From Clostridia bacterium (GTDB lineage Bacteria > Bacillota > Clostridia > Oscillospirales > CAG-272): a stretch of DNA of 64,000 bases. Below are positions 39,144 through 47,905 of this stretch, in pieces. Position 1 is the stretch's first letter, and each line of letters starts with the position of its first letter. A program made the translations under genes and the position numbers. Below the pieces are notes generated by a model. That model worked only from the letters and a program-made list of their open reading frames with translations. It made no database searches and was not told the DNA's origin. Location: the NCBI GenBank assembly GCA_017520505.1, contig JAFXFN010000018.1, forward strand, positions 184,061 to 248,060, written 5' to 3'.

Positions 39144-39490
39144 GCGATCTTATTTTCGTTTTTTTATTCTGCGCTTTGTCGGGTATGGGCATCGGCGGAG
39201 GAGGCCTTTTTGTCGTATATTTGTCTGTTTTCAGAAGTATTCCGCAGTTTCTTTGTCAGGGTATAAATCTTGCGGTATTCATTTTTTCATCTGCTTTTTC
39301 GGGAATCGTGAATATTAAAAAAAGACATATAAACTATCCGCTTTGTCTTTTTTTATCCGTGTGCGGATGCGTCGGTGCAGTTATCGGCGGAGGCTTTGCG
39401 GGAATGATAAGCGATAATATATTAAGACTGGCATTCGGAATCTTTCTTCTTACCGTATCGATAATTTCGATTTATATTAACAGAAAATAA
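39128..39490 (+). CDS. Half-size (4-TM) TSUP/TauE-SafE family membrane protein, unit 2
   Basis: 120 aa with motif LSGMGIGGGGLFVVYL. It overlaps unit 1 by 16 nt in a different frame. Confidence 0.65.
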   Translation: MESTLSDLIFVFLFCALSGMGIGGGGLFVVYLSVFRSIPQFLCQGINLAVFIFSSAFSGIVNIKKRHINYPLCLFLSVCGCVGAVIGGGFAGMISDNILRLAFGIFLLTVSIISIYINRK

Positions 39491-39515
39491 TTAACAATTT
39501 TTGTTGTTTATATTC

Positions 39516-39582
39516 TTGAAAATGCACAAATTTTGTGATATGATAATCAGAAAATGTGACTTTTTCACATATATACTGTGAT
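39516..39582 (+). promoter_or_regulatory. Promoter and candidate operator array upstream of the DeoR regulator gene
   Basis: TTGAAA (39516-39521), 17 nt, TATGAT (39539-39544). TGTGAY repeats start at 39534, 39555 and 39577 (spacing 21 and 22 nt). The middle repeat is part of the palindrome ATGTGA-N5-TCACAT (39554-39570). Confidence 0.45.
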
Positions 39583-39632
39583 TTATGCACCGTATGAAAT
39601 CGATTATTTAACAATCTGAAAGGATATAAAAA

Positions 39633-40400
39633 ATGAATACTGCAAGACGTGATATTATCCGCCGTATACTTCAATCAAAGCCCTTTGTTTCTTTGCATGA
39701 GCTTGAGGATGCTTTCCCCGATGTTTCGAGCATGACGCTCCGCCGTGACATCGAATACTTCGAAAAGTCGGGCGAAGCCATAAAAGTAAGAGGCGGCGCA
39801 AGAAGTATGAAGTTCATCACAACATCTATGGAGGATGCCTTCAGCCTGCGCTTGAACTCAAATATGACAGCTAAAGAAAGAATTGCAATGGCGGCTGTCA
39901 ATTACATTGAAACAGGCCGTTCTATCTTTCTTGACTCCGGTACTACAATACTCAAAATGGCATCTATTATGCCTGACGAAAGACTGTCTATCCTTACGAC
40001 AGGTCCTAACATAGCTCTTGAGCTTGTTAAGAAAAATCTTCCCATAATCAACCTTGTCGGCGGTATGATAAACCGTGACAACATTTCAATTTCAGGTAAT
40101 CAGGCAATATCCTTTATTGAGGGTATAAATATAGATACGGCTTTCCTCGTTCCCTCGGGATTTTCGCTTGACAACGGCTTTACAAGCGGTAACTACAGCG
40201 AATGTGAGCTGAAAAGCCTTATATGCGAAAAGGCACGCAGAACGATAATTCTTGCCGATGCCTCAAAGCTTGACAGAAGCTTGCCCTACACATTTGCAAA
40301 GCTTTCGCAGATAGATATGATAATAACAAGCGGTCCTCTTTCCGATGAATTCAAGCAAGCTGTAAAAGAAGCAGGCGTTGAGCTTGTAATTGCCGACTGA
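39633..40400 (+). CDS. DeoR/GlpR family transcriptional regulator
   Basis: N-terminal HTH (RRDIIRRILQSKPFVSLHELEDAFPDVSSMTLRRDIEYF) plus a C-terminal DeoR sugar-phosphate sensor domain. Confidence 0.88.
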   Translation: MNTARRDIIRRILQSKPFVSLHELEDAFPDVSSMTLRRDIEYFEKSGEAIKVRGGARSMKFITTSMEDAFSLRLNSNMTAKERIAMAAVNYIETGRSIFLDSGTTILKMASIMPDERLSILTTGPNIALELVKKNLPIINLVGGMINRDNISISGNQAISFIEGINIDTAFLVPSGFSLDNGFTSGNYSECELKSLICEKARRTIILADASKLDRSLPYTFAKLSQIDMIITSGPLSDEFKQAVKEAGVELVIAD

Positions 40401-40411
40401 GGAGAAGAAAA

Positions 40412-41425
40412 ATGAGCTACATAGAAGAAAAAAAATATGCAGGTCATATAAACCAGCTCTTCAGTGTCAAGGAATACAGATTTTGCGGAGGCTGGGCAGA
40501 CGGTGTGCGTGCAGTTGATGTTTCAAACGGCGCAGGTCTTACGTTCACTGTTCTCGTTGACAGAGCAATGGATATTTTCAGTATGTCCTACAAAGGAAAA
40601 AATCTTTGCTATCAGACTCCTGTCGGTGTTAAAGCACCGCAGTATTTCGATGTCGAGGGTATCGACTGGATGCAGAGCTTCGGCGGCGGATTTTTCGTCA
40701 CCTGCGGACTTGACAACATCGGAAGCCCTTGTGTCGATGACGGCAGTAAATTACCCTGCCACGGCCGCCTTTCAAGCACTCCTGCTGAAAATTTCAGAAT
40801 AGAGCGAGGAATGGATAACGGCACGCCTTACGTTACGCTTATAGGCGATATGACACAAATGGTAATGTTCGGTGCACAGCTTACCCTTACAAGAAAGATC
40901 ACCTGCAGATATATGGAAAACAAAGTAACGGTTGAAGATGTTGTTTCAAACGGCTGTGCACGTGAAACACCCGAAATGATACTTTACCATTTCAATATGG
41001 GTTATCCGCTTTTCGACGAAAACGCAGAGGTGGTCATTCCTTCGAAAAAACGCATACCGAGAAGCGATATTGCAGCCCAAGAGCTCGATATGTGGGACAA
41101 GTTCACCCCGCCTGTATTCGGATATGACGAAAGATGCTACTATCATGAGGATATGGAATCCGAAAACGGTGTCGTTACATTCGGAATGAAAAACAAAAAT
41201 TCCGACCTTTCCGTTAAAATTGCATACGAAAACAAAAATCTTCCTCACTTTTTGCAGTGGAAAATGACGGGCGTTGAAGAATATGTGTGCGGTCTTGAGC
41301 CGGGAAATGCAACCGTTGACGGCCGTGCAAATGCACGTGAAAACGGAACGCTCAAAATTTTGAAGCCGGGCGAAAGTGTAGACTACAGGCTCGAAATATC
41401 CGTTGGAGAATACAACGAATTTTAA
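40412..41425 (+). CDS. DUF4432 / aldose-1-epimerase-like family protein
   Basis: The mutarotase-like sequence (RAVDVSNGAGLTFTVLVDRAMDI...HGRLSSTPA...YHFNMGYP) is typical of DUF4432. Confidence 0.65.
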   Translation: MSYIEEKKYAGHINQLFSVKEYRFCGGWADGVRAVDVSNGAGLTFTVLVDRAMDIFSMSYKGKNLCYQTPVGVKAPQYFDVEGIDWMQSFGGGFFVTCGLDNIGSPCVDDGSKLPCHGRLSSTPAENFRIERGMDNGTPYVTLIGDMTQMVMFGAQLTLTRKITCRYMENKVTVEDVVSNGCARETPEMILYHFNMGYPLFDENAEVVIPSKKRIPRSDIAAQELDMWDKFTPPVFGYDERCYYHEDMESENGVVTFGMKNKNSDLSVKIAYENKNLPHFLQWKMTGVEEYVCGLEPGNATVDGRANARENGTLKILKPGESVDYRLEISVGEYNEF

Positions 41426-41441
41426 TTAAGAGGTCATTAAT

Positions 41442-43364
41442 ATGAATATGCAGCCGGGAGGCCCTCACGGCAGAGGAAGCAAAGTAAACGATCAGTACAG
41501 AATACCGAAGCCGAAAAAAATAAAAGAAATTCCCGCATATATAAAGACACTGCTTTCCACGTTTATTTTCAGACTTACATATATTTTCAAGCTTGTGTGG
41601 GAAGCAAGTCCCGTCATACTTTTTGTTATGATATTTATGTCGGTGTTCAACGGTCTTATGCCTGTTATAGGCTCACTTATCGGCAAAGAGCTTTTGAACA
41701 GTCTTGCACGTGCATATAACGGTGAGATAACGACATTTACGATAATACTTTCTCTTTTGATACTTCAGTTTGCATATCTTTTTATTTCCGATATTGTCGG
41801 AAGAATTTCGGGAATGATAACGAGAATATGCAGTGAAATCGTTTCCAATCACATAAAACTCAAGATAATAGATAAGTCAAAAGAAGTTGATATTTCCAGC
41901 TACGACAGCCCCGAATTTTACGCAAAAATGGAAAATGCAAACCGTGAGGCGGGAAGCCGTCCCATTGCGGTTTTGTCTTCATTCTTTTCTGTGTTCAGCT
42001 CCGCTATAAGCATTATAAGCTTTATTGCGATCTTGTTTGCAGTAAGTCCCTGGGCGCCTTTTGTTATGATACTCGTTTCTCTTCCCTCTACCGTTATCAG
42101 CTTTGTTTACAGACGTAAAAACGTTGATTTTATGTTCAGGAGAAGTAAGGAAAGACGTCAGATGTCATATTACTCCGACGTTATCGTAAATAAGGACCTC
42201 GCAAAAGAAATACGTATTTACAACCTTGCCGATACCTTCAAGGAAAAATATAAAACTGTTTTTGACAGATACTTCAAGGGACTCAAAAAGCTTATTATGA
42301 ATGAGTTCTGGCTGAATCTCATTGCAGGTATAGTTGCTACTGCCGTTAACTGCTTACTCTTTATTTATATTGCTAACGGAGTTTTCAAGGGAAGCTATGA
42401 GGTGGGTGACTATTCACTATATACGGGTGCTTTGAATACAATATCCGCAAGACTTTCTTCTATCATCTCTACAACTGCAATGATATACGAGGGCACATTG
42501 TTCATAAACAATATGATTGCATTTATGAATGAAGAAAAACGCATTAAGCCCACGATCGATCCTCCGAGAAAACCGGAAAGGCATATTGCACACGAAATAA
42601 AGCTTGAAAATGTTTCGTTTAAATATCCGGGAACAGAGCGTTACGTCATAAAAAATATGTCCTTGACGATAAAGCCGGGCGATACAGTCGTACTTGTCGG
42701 ACTCAACGGTGCGGGCAAAACGACACTCGTTAAGCTTCTTATAAGACTTTACGATCCGACGGAGGGCAGAATATTGCTTGACGGATACGATCTTCGTGAA
42801 TACGATACGCAGTCGCTTTACGAAATGTTCGGCATAATATTCCAGGATTACGGCAAATACGCTGTATCAGTAAGTGAAAACATTATGTTCGGGGACATCG
42901 ACAAGACGCCCGATCACAGCCACATTAAAATGTCGGCTGAACGAAGCGGCGCTGATGATTTCATAAAAGATCTTCCCAACGATTACGATACACCGCTGAT
43001 GCGTTATTTTGAGGACAACGGAATCGAGCTGTCGGGCGGTCAATGGCAGAAGCTTGCTATCGCAAGAGCTTTTTACGGAGATTCCGACATACTCGTGCTT
43101 GACGAGCCGACAGCCTCACTTGACCCGATAGCAGAAGCTGAAATATTCAATAAGTTTGACGAGCTTCGTCACGGCAAAACATCTGTTTTCGTTTCTCACA
43201 GGCTTTCAAGCGCAACGACTGCAAACTGCATAATCGTAATTGAAGACGGTCAGCTTTGCGAAATGGGAAGCCACAAAGAGCTTATGGAAGCAAAAGGAAA
43301 ATATCACGAGTTATTTACAACCCAGGCAAAGCGTTATGCCTCCGGTGTTGCATGCGATGAATAA
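41442..43364 (+). CDS. ABC exporter, fused permease/ATPase (MsbA/type I exporter-like)
   Basis: N-terminal 6-TM domain. Walker A GLNGAGKTT, signature LSGGQWQK, Walker B ILVLDEPTASLD. Confidence 0.88.
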   Translation: MNMQPGGPHGRGSKVNDQYRIPKPKKIKEIPAYIKTLLSTFIFRLTYIFKLVWEASPVILFVMIFMSVFNGLMPVIGSLIGKELLNSLARAYNGEITTFTIILSLLILQFAYLFISDIVGRISGMITRICSEIVSNHIKLKIIDKSKEVDISSYDSPEFYAKMENANREAGSRPIAVLSSFFSVFSSAISIISFIAILFAVSPWAPFVMILVSLPSTVISFVYRRKNVDFMFRRSKERRQMSYYSDVIVNKDLAKEIRIYNLADTFKEKYKTVFDRYFKGLKKLIMNEFWLNLIAGIVATAVNCLLFIYIANGVFKGSYEVGDYSLYTGALNTISARLSSIISTTAMIYEGTLFINNMIAFMNEEKRIKPTIDPPRKPERHIAHEIKLENVSFKYPGTERYVIKNMSLTIKPGDTVVLVGLNGAGKTTLVKLLIRLYDPTEGRILLDGYDLREYDTQSLYEMFGIIFQDYGKYAVSVSENIMFGDIDKTPDHSHIKMSAERSGADDFIKDLPNDYDTPLMRYFEDNGIELSGGQWQKLAIARAFYGDSDILVLDEPTASLDPIAEAEIFNKFDELRHGKTSVFVSHRLSSATTANCIIVIEDGQLCEMGSHKELMEAKGKYHELFTTQAKRYASGVACDE

Positions 43365-43416
43365 ATACAACCAAAACAATATATTTATCCCTGCGTACCG
43401 TTTATACTTTTAACAT

Positions 43417-43458
43417 AAAATACACCTTTGAAATAAGCTTTCAAAGGTGTATTTTTTT
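43417..43458. terminator. Bidirectional intrinsic terminator between convergent genes
   Basis: AAAA-TACACCTTTGA-loop-TCAAAGGTGTA-TTTTTTT. Confidence 0.8.
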
Positions 43459-43472
43459 CTCTTTTCGGGTTA

Positions 43473-43904
43473 TTATTTACTTTGTTTTTGTCTGAGCTTT
43501 TCATTAAGCTTTGACGTATTTTTCCTGATTATAAAATAAATAATTATCCAGATTATGAAATAACCGACGGCAAATATTGCAGAAAATACAAAAATCGGTG
43601 TTTTTCCCCAAGGAAGCCAGCCGTTGAGTAGATACGTTATAAAATAGCTTACGTACAATACAGAGCCGTGTATAAGAATTGCCGCCATAAGCGGAAGCTG
43701 TTCTATCTGATATATCGAATTCATACCGCCTGCAATAAAAGCAAGAGCTGTGAGGGAAAATATCCCAACACAAACCTCATTCACGGTAAGAGTGTCTATC
43801 TTTCCCTGCTGATCGAGAATAAGGTATAATACCGCAAGAATGACAGGACCGATGCCTGAGGCGATGACGCCTCTGCGGCAAAACTCCGAAATATACTTTT
43901 TCAT
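43473..43904 (-). CDS. DUF3021 family membrane protein (putative partner or inhibitor of the adjacent LytTR regulator)
   Basis: 143 aa, 4 TM. 4-nt overlap with the upstream LytTR gene. LytTR-DUF3021 is a recurrent pair. Confidence 0.65.
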   Translation of the reverse strand: MKKYISEFCRRGVIASGIGPVILAVLYLILDQQGKIDTLTVNEVCVGIFSLTALAFIAGGMNSIYQIEQLPLMAAILIHGSVLYVSYFITYLLNGWLPWGKTPIFVFSAIFAVGYFIIWIIIYFIIRKNTSKLNEKLRQKQSK

Positions 43905-44344
43905 ATTTTTTCATACCTCCGTTTAATTTCTGCGAAGCACCGTCTTGAAACATAGTCCTTATATCCGCACTCAAACACGGCATCGACTCCACCGCTGAAC
44001 GCCGCATTAAAGCGCAATATTTTATGTTCGTTTGCAAGCGTGGATTTATTGATGCGAATGAAATAAGAAGGCAGTATATCTTCAAGCTCTCTGAGCCTGT
44101 CTTGTATTTTATACTCGCATCCGTCGGTGTCAATGGCTATAACACGTCGGTCAATAACGGTGATACATTCAATTTCAGAAAACGCAAGCTTTCTCATTTC
44201 GTCATTTTTGTACCCTATAATGTAATCATCACCTGAAAACCCGCAGACGAGATTTTCTATCTGCTCTGTAAGAGATGACGGAGAGTGAACCTTTACAATT
44301 ATCTCTTCATCTGCATTTTTGTCGATAATAAGCTTATATTTCAT
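43901..44344 (-). CDS. Stand-alone LytTR-family DNA-binding protein (no receiver domain)
   Basis: 147 aa. The C-terminal region FIRINKSTLANEHKILRF is typical of the LytTR domain. Confidence 0.75.
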   Translation of the reverse strand: MKYKLIIDKNADEEIIVKVHSPSSLTEQIENLVCGFSGDDYIIGYKNDEMRKLAFSEIECITVIDRRVIAIDTDGCEYKIQDRLRELEDILPSYFIRINKSTLANEHKILRFNAAFSGGVDAVFECGYKDYVSRRCFAEIKRRYEKI

Positions 44345-44353
44345 ATTTATTCC

Positions 44354-45085
44354 TTACTGTTTTTTCATTTGCCTTAAAAAGCATAAGACAGCCAGGGCTG
44401 TTATAACTGCGCTATATATGATAATGGGCAAAATATGCGCTTTTGAAAGCGCAAAATCACCGCAAAACAACGCTTTTTCGAATTCTACGGCATGCAAAAA
44501 AGGAAATACGTTTGCAATTTTTTCAAATACTCCGCCTACAAGCTTCAAATCAAACCACACACCCGAAAGCCAAGCCGAAAGATTTGTAAGCAATGCCCCG
44601 CAAATACCGCCGACCTGCTTGACATTCAAAACGCTTCCGCACAAAAGTCCGAGAGAAATATTGAAAACAGCTATGGGAATTATACCTATAACAGCATAAA
44701 TAATATTTACACTAACTGTAAGTCCCAACGGAATTGCAACGATATAACAAATGACAGTCTGAGCTATGGCAATCGGCAAAAGCGGCAGCATATACCCGAT
44801 TATAAAATCAAATCCCGAAAGAGGTGTTGTGTACAGTCTTTGCAAAAATGCGCTTTCACGGTCTTTTGCAACGAGCGTGGCTGAAAAAAGCGTTATAAAC
44901 GAAAGACCGAATACTGTAATTCCCGGTGTAAGCGTATCTATTTCAAAAAGACTTACCGGAATATTTTTTTGCAGTGCGCTGAGAAGCAGTAAAAGCACCA
45001 AAGGAAAACCGATGCCGAAGATGAGATTTATAGGATCACGCAAAATTTCTTTTGCGCATCTTTTGGAAAAAGCCAATGTCTTCAT
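44354..45085 (-). CDS. ABC-2 type transporter permease
   Basis: Six-TM profile. 4-nt overlap with the upstream ABC ATPase. Confidence 0.75.
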   Translation of the reverse strand: MKTLAFSKRCAKEILRDPINLIFGIGFPLVLLLLLSALQKNIPVSLFEIDTLTPGITVFGLSFITLFSATLVAKDRESAFLQRLYTTPLSGFDFIIGYMLPLLPIAIAQTVICYIVAIPLGLTVSVNIIYAVIGIIPIAVFNISLGLLCGSVLNVKQVGGICGALLTNLSAWLSGVWFDLKLVGGVFEKIANVFPFLHAVEFEKALFCGDFALSKAHILPIIIYSAVITALAVLCFLRQMKKQ

Positions 45086-45810
45086 TTTATCCCTCCCCGG
45101 ACTATACTCACAAAAGCATTTTCGAAGCTGTCAGCGCCTGCTTTGCTTTTCAGCTCCTCTACTGTACCTATAGCAAGAAGCACACCGTTTTTCATAATGC
45201 CCACCCTGTCGGAAAGCGCCTTTGCTTCCTCCATATAGTGCGTTGTCAGAACGATGGTGACCTTACCTTTTAAGGTGCGTATAACCTCCCACAGTTCATG
45301 CCTTGCGATCACATCAAGTCCTAATGTAGGTTCATCGAGAAAAAGCAGCTCAGGCTCGCTTATAAGCGCCATTGCGATACTGACACGGCGTTTATAACCG
45401 CCCGATAACTTTCCTGCTTTTCTTTTCAAAACTTCATCAAGTGCGAATATTTTTGAAAGCTCTTTGATTTTCTTTTCGGTTTTTGCTTTTGAAAAGCTGT
45501 GAATACCGCATATAAGCTCCAGATTTTCTTTTACGGAAAGATTTTCCGCAACTGCTGTTTCCTGCGGTGAAACGGCTATAATGCGTTTTGCTTCATCAGA
45601 CTGCTTCGTGATACTGAAATCACCGACAAACGCATCTCCGTCTGACGGCTTTGAGAGACACGAAAGCATTTTTATAACTGTGGTCTTTCCTGCGCCGTTG
45701 ACACCGAGCAGTGAAAAAAGCTCTCCCTTTTCAATTTCCAGATCAAGATCTTTGACCGCTGTCACGTCTTTATACCGTTTTGAAAGCCCTACCGCTTTTA
45801 TCGCCTTCAT
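45082..45810 (-). CDS. ABC transporter ATP-binding protein
   Basis: Walker A GVNGAGKTT, signature LSGGYKRR, Walker B LLFLDEPTLGLD. Confidence 0.9.
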   Translation of the reverse strand: MKAIKAVGLSKRYKDVTAVKDLDLEIEKGELFSLLGVNGAGKTTVIKMLSCLSKPSDGDAFVGDFSITKQSDEAKRIIAVSPQETAVAENLSVKENLELICGIHSFSKAKTEKKIKELSKIFALDEVLKRKAGKLSGGYKRRVSIAMALISEPELLFLDEPTLGLDVIARHELWEVIRTLKGKVTIVLTTHYMEEAKALSDRVGIMKNGVLLAIGTVEELKSKAGADSFENAFVSIVRGGIK

Positions 45811-45839
45811 TTTTCTTTCCTCCGTACTTATTTTTTATG

Positions 45840-45909
45840 ATTATACCATATATAAACAAAGAAATGATGTTTTTTTGTCTGTTCGGTCATATTCGGTGTC
45901 TTATCGGTT
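45840..45909 (-). promoter_or_regulatory. Extended -10 promoter with weak -35 and three phased ACCGA repeats upstream (candidate LytTR sites)
   Basis: Minus strand TGGTATAAT (-10 at 45845-45840). ACCGA lies at 45908-45904, 45897-45893 and 45887-45883 (spacing 11 and 10 nt). There is no good -35 hexamer. Confidence 0.4.
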
Positions 45910-45924
45910 AAGACGCTTGTTTTT

Positions 45925-45956
45925 AAAAATATGCGCCGAGCCTATTGACTCAGCGC
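45925..45956 (-). terminator. Intrinsic terminator ending the riboswitch-led four-gene operon
   Basis: Minus strand GCGCUGAG-loop-CUCGGCGC (one G-U pair) followed by ATATTTTT. Confidence 0.65.
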
Positions 45957-45963
45957 ACAGATA

Positions 45964-46839
45964 TTAAAATTCATTTTCGTGTGATTTGAAAAAATCACGG
46001 TAGAGCTTGACATTTTCAAACTCGCTCCAGCGTTTCGTCACTATTGGATAGCCGTCCATATCGTAAATTTTCGCACCCTTAACAGACATTAAAAACGGGC
46101 AATGCGTGCAGATGATAAACTGACAGTTATAAAACCGTGCAGAATCCTCGATGAATTTAGCGAGCTCGATACGTCTTTCGGGGCTGAGGCTGTTTTCAGG
46201 CTCATCAAGTAAGTACAGCGCATTTTCCTTTATTTCCTTTGTGAAATACGAAAACGCACTTTCTCCGTTCGATGCGGTATACAGATCCTTTTTAGCAAGT
46301 CTTGCTGTGACGTATGAGTTTTTTGTCCCGCGCTTTGCGTTCATTACACGCTTGAATTCTTCGTAATCATCAAGGGACGTGAGATTTTCAAGCGGTGTTT
46401 TTCGGGTAATGTAATACTCATAAAACAGCTCCTCACGCCGTCTGTCAACACCCTTGTTTATCGCACGTATGTCAAGCATAAAATCAAACACGTCATCACT
46501 TGAAATATACTTGCTTCCGTCGGGAATATCCACAGCATAATATTTGCACATATCTGTGTATGTTTTAAAAAGCGGTGCATCGTTAAAAAGCGACGTTCGT
46601 TCAAGCCTCAGCTTTTCGCATATTACATTCAATAGCGTTGATTTACCCGAGCCGTTACTGCCGCAGAACATCGTCACAGGCTCAAATTCAATGCTTTGCA
46701 GCTGCTTCTTCGGAAAAAGCTTGAACGGATATGGAGTGTCCGTATAACAGCTCATATTAAGCTGATGCGTTCCGGTATTTAAAATAACGCCGTCTTCGTC
46801 CTTTTCGCTCGGCAGCTTAAATGATTTCAAATAAACCAT
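45964..46839 (-). CDS. Stand-alone ABC/SMC-like AAA ATPase (no transmembrane or nuclease domain)
   Basis: Walker A GSNGSGKST, signature-like SNGESAF, Walker B LYLLDEPENSLS, H-loop CTHCP. Confidence 0.7.
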   Translation of the reverse strand: MVYLKSFKLPSEKDEDGVILNTGTHQLNMSCYTDTPYPFKLFPKKQLQSIEFEPVTMFCGSNGSGKSTLLNVICEKLRLERTSLFNDAPLFKTYTDMCKYYAVDIPDGSKYISSDDVFDFMLDIRAINKGVDRRREELFYEYYITRKTPLENLTSLDDYEEFKRVMNAKRGTKNSYVTARLAKKDLYTASNGESAFSYFTKEIKENALYLLDEPENSLSPERRIELAKFIEDSARFYNCQFIICTHCPFLMSVKGAKIYDMDGYPIVTKRWSEFENVKLYRDFFKSHENEF

Positions 46840-47060
46840 TACTCACCTATATACGTAAATCTTTTGTATTCAACACCGTCTTTGATTACGGTTTCAGACC
46901 ACATTGAAAGCGGTCGTACCCAGATGTCTCCATCGCCGTAAAGCGCCTTATACACGACCATTTCTTCAAGCGTTTCGGAGTGGCGAGCCGTACCTATCAC
47001 CTCATATTCATTACCCTTGAAATGTCTGTATTTGCCTTTTTTAATTTCACTCACGGTCAT
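46839..47060 (-). CDS. DUF1653 domain protein
   Basis: 73 aa. GKYRHFKGNEYEVIG...VVYKALYGDGDIWVRP matches the DUF1653 pattern. Confidence 0.7.
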   Translation of the reverse strand: MTVSEIKKGKYRHFKGNEYEVIGTARHSETLEEMVVYKALYGDGDIWVRPLSMWSETVIKDGVEYKRFTYIGE

Positions 47061-47905
47061 CTTCCCCTCAAATATTCAATGACGGAAAACGCACACTTCA
47101 TTCCCGAATATACTGCTGTTGCAATTTGTTTTGGTGCTATCGTACAATCTCCTGCGGCAAATATACCGGGAACTGATGTTTTCATATTTTCATCGGTAAC
47201 AATAACACCACGGTTTTCCGAAATACCTGTACGCAATGCAAAATCAGCGGCACTCGGCACACCGTTTGCGATAAATACGCCGTCAAACGGAATTTTCTCA
47301 CCGTTTTCAAGCACAACACCGCTTACCGTATTTTCACCGATAATATGCGATATTTTATCGGTTATGACCTTGAATTTATCACTTGTTATATCCTTGCCGT
47401 TTGACAAAAGCGTGACGCTTCCGCATACACCCAACAGCACATCTGCTTCGTGGAGTGCAAATTCACCGTCACCGATAACGGCAACATTTTTGCCCTTGAA
47501 GAAAAATCCGTCACAAACAGCGCATCGGCTCACACCTCTGCCTTCAAATTCTTCCTCACCTTTTATTTTCTTGCCCTTGATACCGCTTCCCGTGGCGATA
47601 ACGACCGTCTTTGCGTAAAGCTTTTCTTCACTTGTCAAAACAGCAAACATATCCTCGAAATCAACAGAGAGAACTTGTGCTTTTTGAACCTTTACACCGA
47701 GCCTTTCAGCTTGGGCGATTCCTTTTTCGAAAAGCTCTTTGCCCGAAACGGTATCGAAACCGTAGTAATTTTCAATTTTATCTGTTTTCAAAAGTGACGA
47801 GCGTCCGTCGTCGATAACTGCGCAGGAAAAGCCTGCACGTGCAATATAAACTGCGGCGGTGATTCCCGCAGGACCACCGCCGATTATAATAGAGTCAAAT
47901 CTCAT
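47057..47905 (-). CDS. Thioredoxin-reductase-like flavoprotein disulfide oxidoreductase lacking the NADPH-specificity motif
   Basis: FAD motif GGGPAG, redox CxxC (CAVCDG), and a second Rossmann GDGEFA. No HRRxxxR motif. C-terminal GDC motif (AAGDCT). Confidence 0.75.
   Translation of the reverse strand: MRFDSIIIGGGPAGITAAVYIARAGFSCAVIDDGRSSLLKTDKIENYYGFDTVSGKELFEKGIAQAERLGVKVQKAQVLSVDFEDMFAVLTSEEKLYAKTVVIATGSGIKGKKIKGEEEFEGRGVSRCAVCDGFFFKGKNVAVIGDGEFALHEADVLLGVCGSVTLLSNGKDITSDKFKVITDKISHIIGENTVSGVVLENGEKIPFDGVFIANGVPSAADFALRTGISENRGVIVTDENMKTSVPGIFAAGDCTIAPKQIATAVYSGMKCAFSVIEYLRGR

Noticed and set aside
39554-39570. CRP/FNR-type site (TGTGA...TCACA)
   Set aside because: The half-sites are separated by 5 nt, not the canonical 6. 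It is reported only as a generic palindromic operator candidate.
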